Made by a program: the position numbers and the translations under genes. A DNA stretch of 63,294 nucleotides, the filler included. It is 8 parts of 8 records of this genome, joined end to end, with 100 filler letters (N's around TTAATTAATTAA, not from the genome) between each part and the next. Parts side by side here need not be neighbours in the genome. Positions count along the whole stretch, not along the records: positions 33,064 to 38,734 come from SRR31147125_66688; positions 38,835 to 44,608 come from SRR31147125_66786; positions 44,709 to 50,907 come from SRR31147125_66819; 5 more parts are not named here. The stretch is one strand, 5' to 3'. The notes under the pieces are model-generated. The model was given only the letters and a program-made list of their open reading frames with translations. It searched no databases and was not told the DNA's origin. The stretch's first letter is position 1. Each line of letters begins with the position of its first letter. Below are positions 34,119-44,851 of this stretch, in pieces.

Positions 34119-35671
34119 ATGGATGCCTCCCTTTCCCCCATCGATCCAACAAAATTGAACGATTCTCACAGGTTTCATAAATTGCTTCATACAAACCGTT
34201 ATGGCAAGCGGGGAAGACAACGCCATCAGCAATACGAAAGCGCCCTAAAAATCGTCCACCAGCTCCACACTAACGGATTCAAAGCATATTTTGCAGGGGG
34301 ATCCGTGAGAGACATGTTGAGTGACCGACTTCCACCGGATTATGACATCGTCACCAATGCGCCTGCCGATCTGGTACCCAAGCTGTTCAATAAAAAACGG
34401 GTGAATGCCGCCGCCGTTGGAAAAGCGTTTCCCATTAGCATTATTGACGGCATTGAAGTGGCTTCCGGTAGAGCGGGTATCCCTTTCAACGGTATCAACG
34501 TTGACAAGCCCCGATCCCCTACCAGCCTCCAAACGGCCCATAACAGCTTTCAAACAAATCACTCAAAACAGATTGCAGATAATTTTCCGGCATGCGACCT
34601 TGCCCACAGAGATCTGACCATTAACAGCATGGCTTATGATCCCATTTCCCATCAACTGATTGATCCTTTCGCCGGGCAAAGGGACCTTAAGAATAAAACG
34701 ATCAGGTTTACCGGTAATCCGGACCATCGAATTATTGAAGATCCCTTACGAATGGTACGCGCCTGCCGTTTTCTTGCCGCCATAGAAGGGGCATTCGAGC
34801 CTTCCACTCTACAAGCCATACGATCCAACATCTTCACATTTACAAAACATACGGCATCGGAACGAATCCGGACGGAAATCCTCAAAGCGATGGAACTAAG
34901 ACACCCCTCACTCTTTTTCAAGGCACTGCATACGGCAGGGCTGCTTGGGTTGATTTTTCCATCCCTCAGTCGATGTGTCGATCTTGACGGCGGCCCCCAT
35001 CATGGAGAGAGTGTTTTCGAGCACTGCATGCTCACCGGAGACGCCCTCTCCCCGAAAATGCCTCTGCTGCGGTTAGCCGGTTACCTTCATGATACCGGCA
35101 AATACGATGCTGCCGTCATGACGGAAGACACGCTCTCGTTTCCAGGCCATGAGACCATGGGAGACCAAGCCGTCAAAGATCTGGAAATCCTCAGATTCAG
35201 CACCCGGGAAATTAAATATATCGATGCCGTTATCAAAACGCACATGCGACCGCTCACACCGGACAGCACCCCCAAAGCGGTTCGACGCCTGTTGGCTTTT
35301 TTAAAAAGCATGAAGTCACCTGGCAGGAATTCATGCGAATTCGGATTGCAGACAAATCCGCCAATCTTGCAAAATCTCCCTACACGCTTTCGGATATTAA
35401 ATTAAGGGTGGAAAAAATAAAAAAGGAGATCGAAGGATGCAAAGAAAAGACGTTCTCATTGAAAGATCTGGCCATTGATGGCCGTGACATCATGGAAATT
35501 CTCGACATTTCCCAAAGCAAAAAAATCGGAATGATTATGAACGCCCTCTTTGAAGTTGTTTTGGATACCCCTGAAATGAATACGCATTCTATACTGACAT
35601 CATATCTTCAAAAAAAATATCAAACAGATGTGTCAAAAAAGAGGCACAGGTCTCGGAGCGGTGAGAGGTAA
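34119..35671 (+). CDS. Class II tRNA nucleotidyltransferase with HD domain (frameshift near 35305)
   Basis: GGSVRD..DYD, RDLTINS, EDPLRMVRA.RF, ERI, LHD; C-terminal LAIDGRD in ORF 35333-35671. Confidence 0.85.
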
Positions 35672-35745
35672 GAGACAAATAGATGAGTGCTCACCATTCA
35701 TTGGAGGAGATGGCAAGAGGTGGGTCATAAGAGGTGAAAAACGAC

Positions 35746-36331
35746 ATGAAAAATCCCCCCAATCAAGGCTTTTCATCGCCATCTCTCTCCCCCATCGACA
35801 AAGGAGTTTCTGCGAAAGCTCCAAGGTGAAATCAGACAAGAGCTCCCCGGTATGTCAGCCTCATGGCCAAAACCGGAACGCATGCATCTGACGCTTAAAT
35901 TCCTCGGAGAGACGCCCAAAGATAAAATTCCTGCCATTCAATCCGCGATGGCCGAGGCCGCGTCTCAACATCCTTGTTTTCAACTCCAAGCCGGAGGGGT
36001 CGGGCTGTTTCCATCCGTAAAAAAACCCCGTGTCCTCTGGAGCGGGGTAAAAGGAGACATGCAAAGACTTTCCCGTTTGCATGCCACGCTTGAAAAAGAA
36101 CTTCAACGATGTGGTTTTCCCAAGGAGAAGCGAAGATTCTCACCCCACTTCACCTTGGCCCGTCTCAAAGGCAGAAACAATCCCCGCCGATTTTTAGAAT
36201 TAATTTCAAAATATCAACGTCACACAGCTGAACCGTTTCACTGTGATTTTTTTCAGCTTTTTGAAAGTGAATTGAAATCCTCCGGTGCTGTCCATACCCC
36301 TCTTTTTCACATGTCACTGAAGCAGTCCTGA
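35746..36331 (+). CDS. thpR: RNA 2',3'-cyclic phosphodiesterase (2H family), N-terminus frameshifted
   Basis: RLFIAI, two HxT motifs (HLTL, HFTL), PRVLW. Confidence 0.88.
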
Positions 36332-36345
36332 TGTCACTGTTACCG

Positions 36346-37074
36346 TTAACAGCGTGACTCTGCAAACTTTTGTATACATTCCGGATAGAGCTCCCACTCC
36401 AGTGCAAGCCCCTTTTTCTTGATGTCGTCCAACGTTTCTCCATCTTCGATCTGAAAGGCACGCTGACCAATGATGGGACCGGTATCCTCTCCATAATCGA
36501 TATAATGCACGGTACACCCCCCGACCTTACATCCATATCGAAAGGTATCTCCGTATCCATCCGTACCTGGAAAAGATGGAAGAAGGGCGGGATGAATGTT
36601 CATGATTCTTTTTTGATCCGGGTTGACATTGATTCGATCGATAAAATAGGGCGTCAATGTCCGCATAAATCCAGCCAGAACCAAGAGATCAATTTTGTAA
36701 TCGTTGATTTTTCCCAAAAGCGTTCTTTCTGCCACGGCTCTTGATTTTAAGAAAAAATCCACCGTGACACGTTGGGTATCTGCTTTTATTAACGTTTGTT
36801 TTTCGTTGATCTCATCCAAATCGAAATCCGGGGGAAGATCCTTGGTCAACTGCTCCGGATCTTCCCGATACCCTTTGATCAGCGCCGCGTAATCCACAAC
36901 AAAGGTATCAATTCCGGCGTTCTTTGCCCGCTCCAGTCCTTTCACACCTGGTGTATCCGACCCGGTAAATACCACCTGAGCATCAATCTGCTCATCGGCG
37001 CAGGCATCGATTATAGCCTGAAGATTGGTTCCTCCACCTGAAATCAGTGTCCCCACACGTAGCTTTTTTGTCAT
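36346..37074 (-). CDS. purN: Phosphoribosylglycinamide formyltransferase
   Basis: SGGGTNLQA, LAGFMR, NIHPALLP, DTGPII. Confidence 0.95.
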   Translation of the reverse strand: MTKKLRVGTLISGGGTNLQAIIDACADEQIDAQVVFTGSDTPGVKGLERAKNAGIDTFVVDYAALIKGYREDPEQLTKDLPPDFDLDEINEKQTLIKADTQRVTVDFFLKSRAVAERTLLGKINDYKIDLLVLAGFMRTLTPYFIDRINVNPDQKRIMNIHPALLPSFPGTDGYGDTFRYGCKVGGCTVHYIDYGEDTGPIIGQRAFQIEDGETLDDIKKKGLALEWELYPECIQKFAESRC

Positions 37075-37185
37075 TCATTTTCCTCCAATCGTTCATTTTT
37101 CATTGTGTTGACAAAGTATATCTAAACCCATATATTTACCAAACAGTTTTTTGCCCACATCTAAAAATTATTAAGGAGATACCCA

Positions 37186-37512
37186 ATGTCAGAACATATT
37201 ATGGAAATCGACGATGATGCCTTTGAAAAAGAAGTTCTCCAATCTTCCCTTCCGGTTTTGGTTGATTTCTGGGCCCCTTGGTGTGGTCCCTGCCGAGCCA
37301 TTGCACCAACCATTGAAGAGCTTCAAAAAACCTATGACGGAAAAATGAAATTCGTCAAAGTCAATGTAGACGATAATCCCATATCTCCCAGCAAATACGG
37401 TATTCAGGCCATTCCCACTCTTATCTTTTTCAAAGGCGGCGACGTATCTGAACAGATCACCGGTATGGTGGCAAAAGCCAAACTTGACGAGACCATCAAA
37501 ACGCTCATCTAA
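37186..37512 (+). CDS. trxA: Thioredoxin
   Basis: WAPWCGPC. Confidence 0.97.
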   Translation: MSEHIMEIDDDAFEKEVLQSSLPVLVDFWAPWCGPCRAIAPTIEELQKTYDGKMKFVKVNVDDNPISPSKYGIQAIPTLIFFKGGDVSEQITGMVAKAKLDETIKTLI

Positions 37513-37550
37513 AGACGACGGATCGGGCGTTAGAGGAGAATTACAAAGTT

Positions 37551-38474
37551 ATGTCACAAACTGATTATGATCTTGTCATCATCGGTGGCGGCCCCGGCGG
37601 ACTGACAGCAGGCATTTATGCAGCCAGGGCACGATTGAATGTTATTCTGTTTGAAAAGGCCGCCCCCGGCGGCCAAGTGATCATCACCGACTGGGTGGAA
37701 AACTATCCGGGATTTCCCGAAGGGATCAGTGGATATGATCTGGGGGAAAAAATGCTGACCCAGGCAAAGAATCTGGGACTCTCCATTGAAGCGGAAGAAG
37801 TCACTTCCGTTGAGTTCAGTGCAGACCGAAAGGTGATCCATCTTGGAGAGGAAAAATCCGTTACGGCCAAAACCGTCATTATCGCCTCCGGTGCCTCTCC
37901 CAAAACATTGCATGTCGGTGAAGAAAAGTTTCATGGGAAAGGGGTTTCCTATTGCGGGACATGCGACGGACCGTTTTTCCGTGAAAAAACCGTTGTGGCT
38001 GTCGGCGGTGGAGATACTGCGGTTCAAGAAGCCATCTTTTTAACCAAGTTTGTTGATAAAGTCTATTTGGTGCATCGCCGGGATGAGTTACGTGCCACGA
38101 AAATCCTGCAGGAACGCGCGTTTGAAAACGATAAAATCGAATTTGTGTGGGATTCCGTAGTGACGGGAATGGACGGTTTCTTTTCACTGGAAACAGTCAC
38201 CATTAAAAATGTGAAGACCGGTGAAGAGAACTCATTGAACGCCAACGGCTGTTTCATCTGGATCGGAATCAATCCCAACTCCGATTACATCGGGGATACC
38301 TTGAAAAAAGATGAGTGGGGGTTTATTTACACGAACGATCAGATGGAAACCTCAGTCCCCGGGGTGTATGCAGTTGGGGATGTCCGTACCACCCCCTTGA
38401 AACAGATTGCTACGGCTGTTGGAGATGCTGCCATCGCGGCTGTGGCTGCAGAACATTATGCTGAAGCCCACTGA
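37551..38474 (+). CDS. trxB: Thioredoxin reductase
   Basis: GGGPGG, CGTCDG, GGGDTA, HRRD. Confidence 0.96.
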   Translation: MSQTDYDLVIIGGGPGGLTAGIYAARARLNVILFEKAAPGGQVIITDWVENYPGFPEGISGYDLGEKMLTQAKNLGLSIEAEEVTSVEFSADRKVIHLGEEKSVTAKTVIIASGASPKTLHVGEEKFHGKGVSYCGTCDGPFFREKTVVAVGGGDTAVQEAIFLTKFVDKVYLVHRRDELRATKILQERAFENDKIEFVWDSVVTGMDGFFSLETVTIKNVKTGEENSLNANGCFIWIGINPNSDYIGDTLKKDEWGFIYTNDQMETSVPGVYAVGDVRTTPLKQIATAVGDAAIAAVAAEHYAEAH

Positions 38475-38636
38475 GACGAATCATTGAGGCATTTCTGCAT
38501 CATTGAACAAAGGCAAGGCATTGTTTTCAGCAATTCGGAGGCTTTTGACAGGTGTACGCGAACGCGGATGACGATACGCCGTCCACTATGCAGCAACCGC
38601 CATATTCAGTGATCAGACCCAACACATAAAAATTAT

Positions 38637-38671
38637 AAATAAGCTGAGATATTTCTCAGCTTATTTTATTT
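38637..38671. terminator. Bidirectional terminator
   Basis: AAATAAGCTGAGA-TATT-TCTCAGCTTATTT. Confidence 0.75.
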
Positions 38672-38734
38672 GTTCTTCAAGCGACCACCCTAGTACAGCT
38701 CGGAGTAAATCATCCACTGCTTTTTCAGGGCGAA

Positions 38735-38834
38735 NNNNNNNNNNNNNNNNNNNNNNNNNNNNNNNNNNNNNNNNNNNNTTAATTAATTAANNNNNNNNNN
38801 NNNNNNNNNNNNNNNNNNNNNNNNNNNNNNNNNN
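38735..38834. other. Artificial contig linker
   Basis: N44-TTAATTAATTAA-N44. Confidence 0.99.
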
Positions 38835-39971
38835 CGGCAGTGTAATATTTGAAGTTGACCCTAGGATGAGAACTCTGCTTGATTTTAAGTATAGGCAAAA
38901 ATACATTGCCGAAGACGGAGCTAAAGGCGAAACCAACAATAGAACAGGCAAAAAGGGAGAAAATTTAGTAATCTACGTTCCGTTAGGAACTGTAATAAAG
39001 AATTCAGACGGAGATATAATAGCCGACTTAAGCGAAGACAATACAAAAGTGACTGTATTGCGAGGCGGCGGCGGCGGCAGAGAAACGCACGCTTTGCAAC
39101 TGCAACCCGCCAAACGCCAAACTTTTCCCAGCCGGGCAGAAAAACTAGAGCTCATACCATAGTTTTAGAGCTAAAAATGATAGCGGATGTGGGTTTTATA
39201 GGCTTCCCTAACGTAGGCAAGTCCACTTTACTATCCGTTATAACCAGCGCCAAGCCTAAGATTGCAAATTATCATTTCACTACATTAAGTCCTAATTTAG
39301 GTGTAACACAGGTCAATGATACATCTTTTGTAATTGCAGATATCTCAGGACTTATTGAAAACGCAGCAGAAGGTGCAGGATTAGGTCACGATTTCTTGCG
39401 TCATATTGAGCGGACAAGATTATTGGTTCACGTGCTGGATGCATCGGGAATAGAGGGACGTGACCCTGTGGAGGATTATCACAAAATCCGAAATGAACTG
39501 CATACCTATTCCGAACAATTAACAGAGCGCCCTGAAATAATCGCCGCAAATAAATGCGACCTGTCGGATGCGGAGGCAGGATTGGAGCTGTTGCAGGAGC
39601 AATTACCAGAGAAAAAGATTTTGCCTATCTCTGCAGCAACCAAACAAGGCATAGGTGATTTATTGCAGGAGATTGCACGTCAGCTTGAAAAGCTGCCGGA
39701 AACTGAGGTTTTCTCAGCCAACCAAAACACCATGCTTGACCAAAGGATTGCAGAGGATTATGACATATTTGTAGACGGCGATACTTATTATGTGGAGGGC
39801 GGATTAGTTGACAGGCTAATTGATTCTGTCAATTTATATGACCGACACTCTATGGCACACTTCCAAAAGATGCTTGTGGAGCACGGCATAATTGATAAGC
39901 TGCGTGAACTAGGGGCAAAGGACGGCGATACAATAAATATGAATGATACGGAGTTTGACTTTACTGACTGA
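38835..39971 (+). CDS. obgE: GTPase ObgE/CgtA, 5'-truncated, frameshifts at about 39060-39175
   Basis: TLLDF, GFPNVGKS, YHFTT, NKCD, Firmicutes-type C-terminal domain. Confidence 0.93.
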
Positions 39972-40086
39972 TTAAGTAAGGGACTGTCCGGCTTTATGAG
40001 GACGTTCTGAAGAGTAATATCCTGAAAACAAAGTGTGCTATCATATTTGAATATCTTCATTTTTCTAAGTGATTAAGGAATAAAAA

Positions 40087-41097
40087 ATGAATATTGAGAA
40101 AATAAAAGAAACAGTCAACATCTCAGAAGACTTTTCAGGAGTAATTCACATATCAGAAAAAGGCGAGACTATGCTTAGTGTGGCTAAAGGCTATGCTAAA
40201 ATGTTTGATAAAATTCCAAACAAAGCAGATACATCCTTCGGCATAGCTTCAGGCACAAAAGGCTTCACTGCTCTTGCAGTGCTTAAATTAATAGATGAAG
40301 GCAAACTATCATTAAATGATAATGTTTTTGAAATATTGCCCTATGATTTTCCTAACGTTAAAGAACAAATAACAGTTAGACATCTGCTTAATCATACATC
40401 CGGAATATATGATTATTTTGATGAAGATGTTGTAGAGGATTTTTCAAAGCTATTTGAATGTATACCTATCAGCAAAATATTAGGTCCTAGTGATATGTTA
40501 TCTATGCTTACAAAAGGCGACTGCTACTTTTCTCCCGGAGAAAAATTTAAATACTGTAATTCAGGGTTTGTAATTTTAGGTATTTTAATTGAGGTTGTTT
40601 CGGGAATGAAATATTCCGATTATTTAGAAGAAAAAATAATAAAACCTTTAAGCCTATCTAAAACAGGCTGTTATAAAACCAATCAGCTGCCTGAAAACTC
40701 GGCGCACGGATATATATTAGATAAAGATAATAATTGGTATTCTAACATTTTTGAAATACCCACTGCCTGCACTGCTGACGGCGGATTATACACAACTGCC
40801 AATGATGTTGCAAGCATGTGGAACGGTTTTATAGGCGGCAGCCTAATCAGTGAAGAACTTAAAAATGAAGCATTAAACATACAAGCTCATATCAGCGAAA
40901 ATGATTATTATGGATTGGGTTTTTATATAACTAATGATGAAGATGGTAATATAAAATATTACGAGCTGGTAGGCTGTGACACAGGCGTTAGCTTTTTAAG
41001 TCGATACTATGTGAATACCGAATGCATTTTAACAATCATAAGCAATACGGATTTTGGTGTTTGGGATTTGGCTAGAAAAATAAAAGAATATTTATAA
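40087..41097 (+). CDS. Serine hydrolase, beta-lactamase class C / PBP-like
   Basis: SGTK (SxxK), LLNHTSG, YCN. Confidence 0.88.
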   Translation: MNIEKIKETVNISEDFSGVIHISEKGETMLSVAKGYAKMFDKIPNKADTSFGIASGTKGFTALAVLKLIDEGKLSLNDNVFEILPYDFPNVKEQITVRHLLNHTSGIYDYFDEDVVEDFSKLFECIPISKILGPSDMLSMLTKGDCYFSPGEKFKYCNSGFVILGILIEVVSGMKYSDYLEEKIIKPLSLSKTGCYKTNQLPENSAHGYILDKDNNWYSNIFEIPTACTADGGLYTTANDVASMWNGFIGGSLISEELKNEALNIQAHISENDYYGLGFYITNDEDGNIKYYELVGCDTGVSFLSRYYVNTECILTIISNTDFGVWDLARKIKEYL

Positions 41098-41250
41098 CTT
41101 TACTTTACAGTTAAGCACCTGCTAAATGCAAGGTGCTCTTTTTTCTGCAGTATTTTTCATTTTTTTACAATATAAATCATTATGCGCACATACCAAATAA
41201 CCTTTACATATCTTATTGTATACAAAACTAATGTAAAAGGAGAATCACGT

Positions 41251-41457
41251 ATGCCATTAGATAATTGTCCTGATGAAAACAACATGGATAATGAGCCATG
41301 TATACCGCAGGAGACAGAAATTAAAAATGTTAAACTAGCACATGCATATGTGCCTATTGAAAAACTATGTAAAACATTCACGCCTATGGAATCACTAAAA
41401 AAAGGAACGGCTTTTCCGCCGCTTTTAAATATGTATCAATGGAAACGCGGAAATTAG
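41251..41457 (+). CDS. cotJA: Spore coat protein CotJA
   Basis: LAHAYVP..GTAFP; AAGGAG RBS places the start at 41251. Confidence 0.88.
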   Translation: MPLDNCPDENNMDNEPCIPQETEIKNVKLAHAYVPIEKLCKTFTPMESLKKGTAFPPLLNMYQWKRGN

Positions 41458-41469
41458 GAGGGTTAGACT

Positions 41470-41742
41470 ATGACTAGAGAACAACTTTTAAGAGAGCTTT
41501 CTGCTTTGGATTTTTATACGGTAGATTTACAATTATATCTTGACACTCATCCATATGACCGCTGTGCCCTGTCAAAATATAATGCTGTTGTCACCCAAGC
41601 CAATATTCTGCGCAAAGAGTTTGAAGCAAAATACGGGCCGCTGACTTCCTTTAGATCGACAAGTAAATACCCGTGGCAATGGATTGATAACCCATGGCCG
41701 TGGCAAAATGAATTTAATTTTAAATTGGCAGGAGATGATTAA
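41470..41742 (+). CDS. cotJB: Spore coat protein CotJB
   Basis: LYLDTHP, YGPL, WQWIDNPWPW. Confidence 0.93.
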   Translation: MTREQLLRELSALDFYTVDLQLYLDTHPYDRCALSKYNAVVTQANILRKEFEAKYGPLTSFRSTSKYPWQWIDNPWPWQNEFNFKLAGDD

Positions 41743-41745
41743 TAA

Positions 41746-42336
41746 ATGTGGGTATACGAAAAAAAACTTGAATATCCCGTAAAAATAAAAAAACCAGACC
41801 CAAGAATGGCAAAGGTAATTATTACCCAGTACGGCGGACCTGACGGTGAGCTAGGCGCAGCACTCAGGTATCTGAGTCAGCGTTTTTCGATGGTTACGCC
41901 GGAAGCAAAAGCAGTCCTGAATGATATAGGCACAGAGGAATTAGCTCACCTTGAAATGATAGGTACAATGGTAAGACAGCTTACAAAAGATGCCACAATA
42001 GAAGAAATCAAAAGAGCAGGTCTTGCTCCATACTATGTCGACCATGATAAGGCAGTATATCCTGTAAATGCTGCGGGAGTACCGTTTACGGCAGCATATC
42101 TACAGTCAAAGGGTGACCCTATAACCGACCTGTATGAAGATATGGCAGCAGAGCAAAAAGCCCGTTCAACTTACGAATATATTCTAAATCTGGCAGATGA
42201 CCCGGATGTTATTGATCCAATTAGGTTTTTACGGGAAAGAGAAGTCGTTCACTTTCAACGGTTCGGAGAATCGTTACGACAGGTTCAGGAGTATTTGGAG
42301 GATAAGAAACGATTCAGTATGCCTTACAGGCAGTAA
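41746..42336 (+). CDS. cotJC: CotJC manganese catalase family protein
   Basis: QYGGPDGEL, IGTEELAH, REVVHFQRF. Confidence 0.95.
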   Translation: MWVYEKKLEYPVKIKKPDPRMAKVIITQYGGPDGELGAALRYLSQRFSMVTPEAKAVLNDIGTEELAHLEMIGTMVRQLTKDATIEEIKRAGLAPYYVDHDKAVYPVNAAGVPFTAAYLQSKGDPITDLYEDMAAEQKARSTYEYILNLADDPDVIDPIRFLREREVVHFQRFGESLRQVQEYLEDKKRFSMPYRQ

Positions 42337-42442
42337 GCGAAAACACTTTTGCAAAGTAAATAACCACAAAAAAGCACCTAATCCTCTAAAACCTAAGACT
42401 AGGTGCTCTTTTACATTATTATTACTTAGTTTTAAAATGATA

Positions 42443-43776
42443 TCAATTTAATATTAATTTTAAAATAAATAGTACATCGACAACCCATAGCAGAGGGCTG
42501 ACTTCTTTAGCTTTGCCTGTTACTAGCTTAATTAAAGTATAAGCAAGGAAACCAATCAAAATACCATTTGCAATACTTGATGTTATGGGCATAAATATGA
42601 TTGTTAACAGCACGGGAACTGCTACTGACATATCCTTAAAGTCAATTTCTTTCACTGCACGCATCATTAGCGCGCCAACGATAATCAATGCAGCTGCTGT
42701 TGCAAATGCAGGGATTGTCAAGAAAATTGTTGAGAAAAATAATGAGATTAAAAACAGTATTCCTGTTATTAGTGATGTCAGTCCTGTACGTCCGCCTTCT
42801 GCTACACCTGCTGATGACTCAATGTAGGATGTAACTGTTGATACACCTAGACATGAACCCGCTGTTGTGCCGATAGCATCGGATAACAATGCTTTGCCGG
42901 CACGTGGTAATTTGTCTTCTTCATCCAGTAAATCAGCTTGCTTTGCAACGCCAACTAAAGTGCCAACCGTATCAAACATATCAACCATTAAGAATGTGAA
43001 TGCTATAACGATAAAGTCAATCCCAAGCTTCCATGCACCAGCAAAATCAAACTTTAAGAAAATTGGCGCAATTGATGGAGGAGTTTTTACCAATTCGGTC
43101 CATACGGGAATTAACGAATAAACTCCAGCCTCATCATTGGGAACATACCAGCCGATAAGTTCAGCACCCATGCCTAAAATCCATGTTCCGAGGATACCCC
43201 ACAGGATAGCTCCCTTAACTTTTAGCTTCATCATAATAGCAATTGCAACTACGCCGACAAAGCATAGTACAACACTTGGAGCTAATAATTCATTTTCTAA
43301 TAGTGTTGTGCCGTCATATGAAATAAACATTCCTGCTGATTTCATACCTAAAACTGCTATAAACAGTCCGATACCCGCCGTTATTGCCAGCTTCAAATTG
43401 TGAGGAATAGCGTTGACTATTTTTTCTCTGAACTTGAAGAAGGACATAAGAATAAAAATAATACCTTCAATTAAAATTGCTGTCAGTGCAATTTGCCATG
43501 TTGTTTGTCCTGTTGCAACTATTGCGAAAAACGCATTCAGTCCCATGCCGGATGCAAGTGCTATTGGATAATTTGCAATAAATGCCATGCAAATTGTACC
43601 AATTGCAGCCGCTATTGCTGTAGCTGTAAACAGTGCTCCTTCGTCCATTCCTGTAGCTGATAAAACTTCTGGATTGACCGCCAAAATGTAAGCCATTGCC
43701 AAAAAAGTTGTAATACCAGCAACAATCTCGGTTCTTAAATTTGTGTTATTTGCTTTTAACTTAAAAGCTTTTCCAT
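42443..43776 (-). CDS. NCS2/AzgA purine permease (frameshift near the start)
   Basis: EIVAGITTFLAMAY, GMGLNAF, YIESSAG..GGRTG; GGAGG RBS before ATG 43776. Confidence 0.9.
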
Positions 43777-44070
43777 ATAATAATACCTCCTACTAATCTT
43801 TTTATCCAAAAAAGATAAAACAATACCGTACTATTATAAGATAATTAATGAAAATGTTCAACTATTTATGGTAAATAGTATGACATTTTGATATATTTTT
43901 GTCTTCACATAAATTAATTGACATTATACCGATTGTTCGTAATACTAACTTATTTCTTGCCGAGGCTTTATAATCATTTGTGTAGTGCAAATAATAAGAC
44001 TATGTGATATAATATCAGCGAATATTATTTAATATGTTTTTTGCACAAATGAAAGGAAAAACTTTTCTTA

Positions 44071-44365
44071 ATGAAGGATATCAATACAAAACAAAGGGCG
44101 CAACTTCGCTCCATGGCAAATAGATTAAACCCAACTATAATAATCGGAAAAGGCGGCATAACCGATAATCTGATTAATCAAATTGATGTGGAGCTGGAGA
44201 CTAGGGAATTAGTAAAAGGTTCAATACTAAAAACCGCCCTTCTGGATTCAAAAACCGTGTGCAACGAGATGGCAAGAAAAACTTAAAGCCCATGCCATAC
44301 AGGCAATAGGCTCAAAGTTTGTATTATATAGAGAATCAAAGGAGAATAAGCAAATTTTTCTTTAG
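44071..44365 (+). CDS. yhbY: YhbY/CRM RNA-binding protein (frameshift near 44281)
   Basis: QRAQLR, IGKGG, ELVK, then QAIGSKFVLYR in the shifted frame. Confidence 0.88.
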
Positions 44366-44368
44366 ATT

Positions 44369-44608
44369 CTACTTTGATGTTCTTTTTAAATGAGGGAAGA
44401 ATAACAGAAGAACAAATATACCAAGACACACGCCGCCGCTGATTATGTAGAATGTGTCAAAGGGCATAAATGCTGCGGTTATAAAAAGCATAATTCCGCA
44501 GAATAGATATCTTATTGCTGGGAACATCTTGACAAAGGAACGACGGGATTTTATGCTTTGATTGATTTTTATGCGCGCACTCTGCATGTATTTTTCAATC
44601 TCAATATC
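44369..44608 (-). CDS. 3' end of a membrane protein
   Basis: Two hydrophobic segments; open to the contig edge. Confidence 0.5.
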   Translation of the reverse strand, partial: DIEIEKYMQSARIKINQSIKSRRSFVKMFPAIRYLFCGIMLFITAAFMPFDTFYIISGGVCLGIFVLLLFFPHLKRTSK

Positions 44609-44708
44609 NNNNNNNNNNNNNNNNNNNNNNNNNNNNNNNNNNNNNNNNNNNNTTAATTAATTAANNNNNNNNNNNNNNNNNNNNNNNNNNNNNNNNNNNN
44701 NNNNNNNN
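44609..44708. other. Artificial contig linker
   Basis: N44-TTAATTAATTAA-N44. Confidence 0.99.
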
Positions 44709-44709
44709 C

Positions 44710-44835
44710 CCGCCCAGGGGCTGCCATTTCCATCCCCGGTGCCCCCATGCCACGGCCCCGTGCAAAAAGATCTACCCGGCAACAAAGGCCCTGGGCAGCG
44801 GCCACCAGGTGGCCTGCCATAATTTTCCCGGCTGA
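44710..44835 (+). CDS. C-terminus of an oligopeptide/dipeptide ABC ATPase (not in the ORF track)
   Basis: Manual translation PPRGCHFHPRCPHATAPC...HQVACHNFPG*, the Cys-rich OppF/DppF tail. Confidence 0.85.
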   Translation, partial: PPRGCHFHPRCPHATAPCKKIYPATKALGSGHQVACHNFPG

Positions 44836-44851
44836 CTGAAAAGGAAGAGAA

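Noticed and set aside
38475-38636. Possible small RNA after trxB
   Set aside because: No convincing structure, promoter or family match by eye.
40087-41097. Antibiotic-resistance beta-lactamase
   Set aside because: No signal peptide and no KTG motif; a generic serine hydrolase.
43780-44070. Purine riboswitch upstream of the NCS2 permease
   Set aside because: The aptamer core (TATAAT..GTTTCTACC..CCGTAAA) is not visible; only a weak PurBox-like ACGAAC is present.
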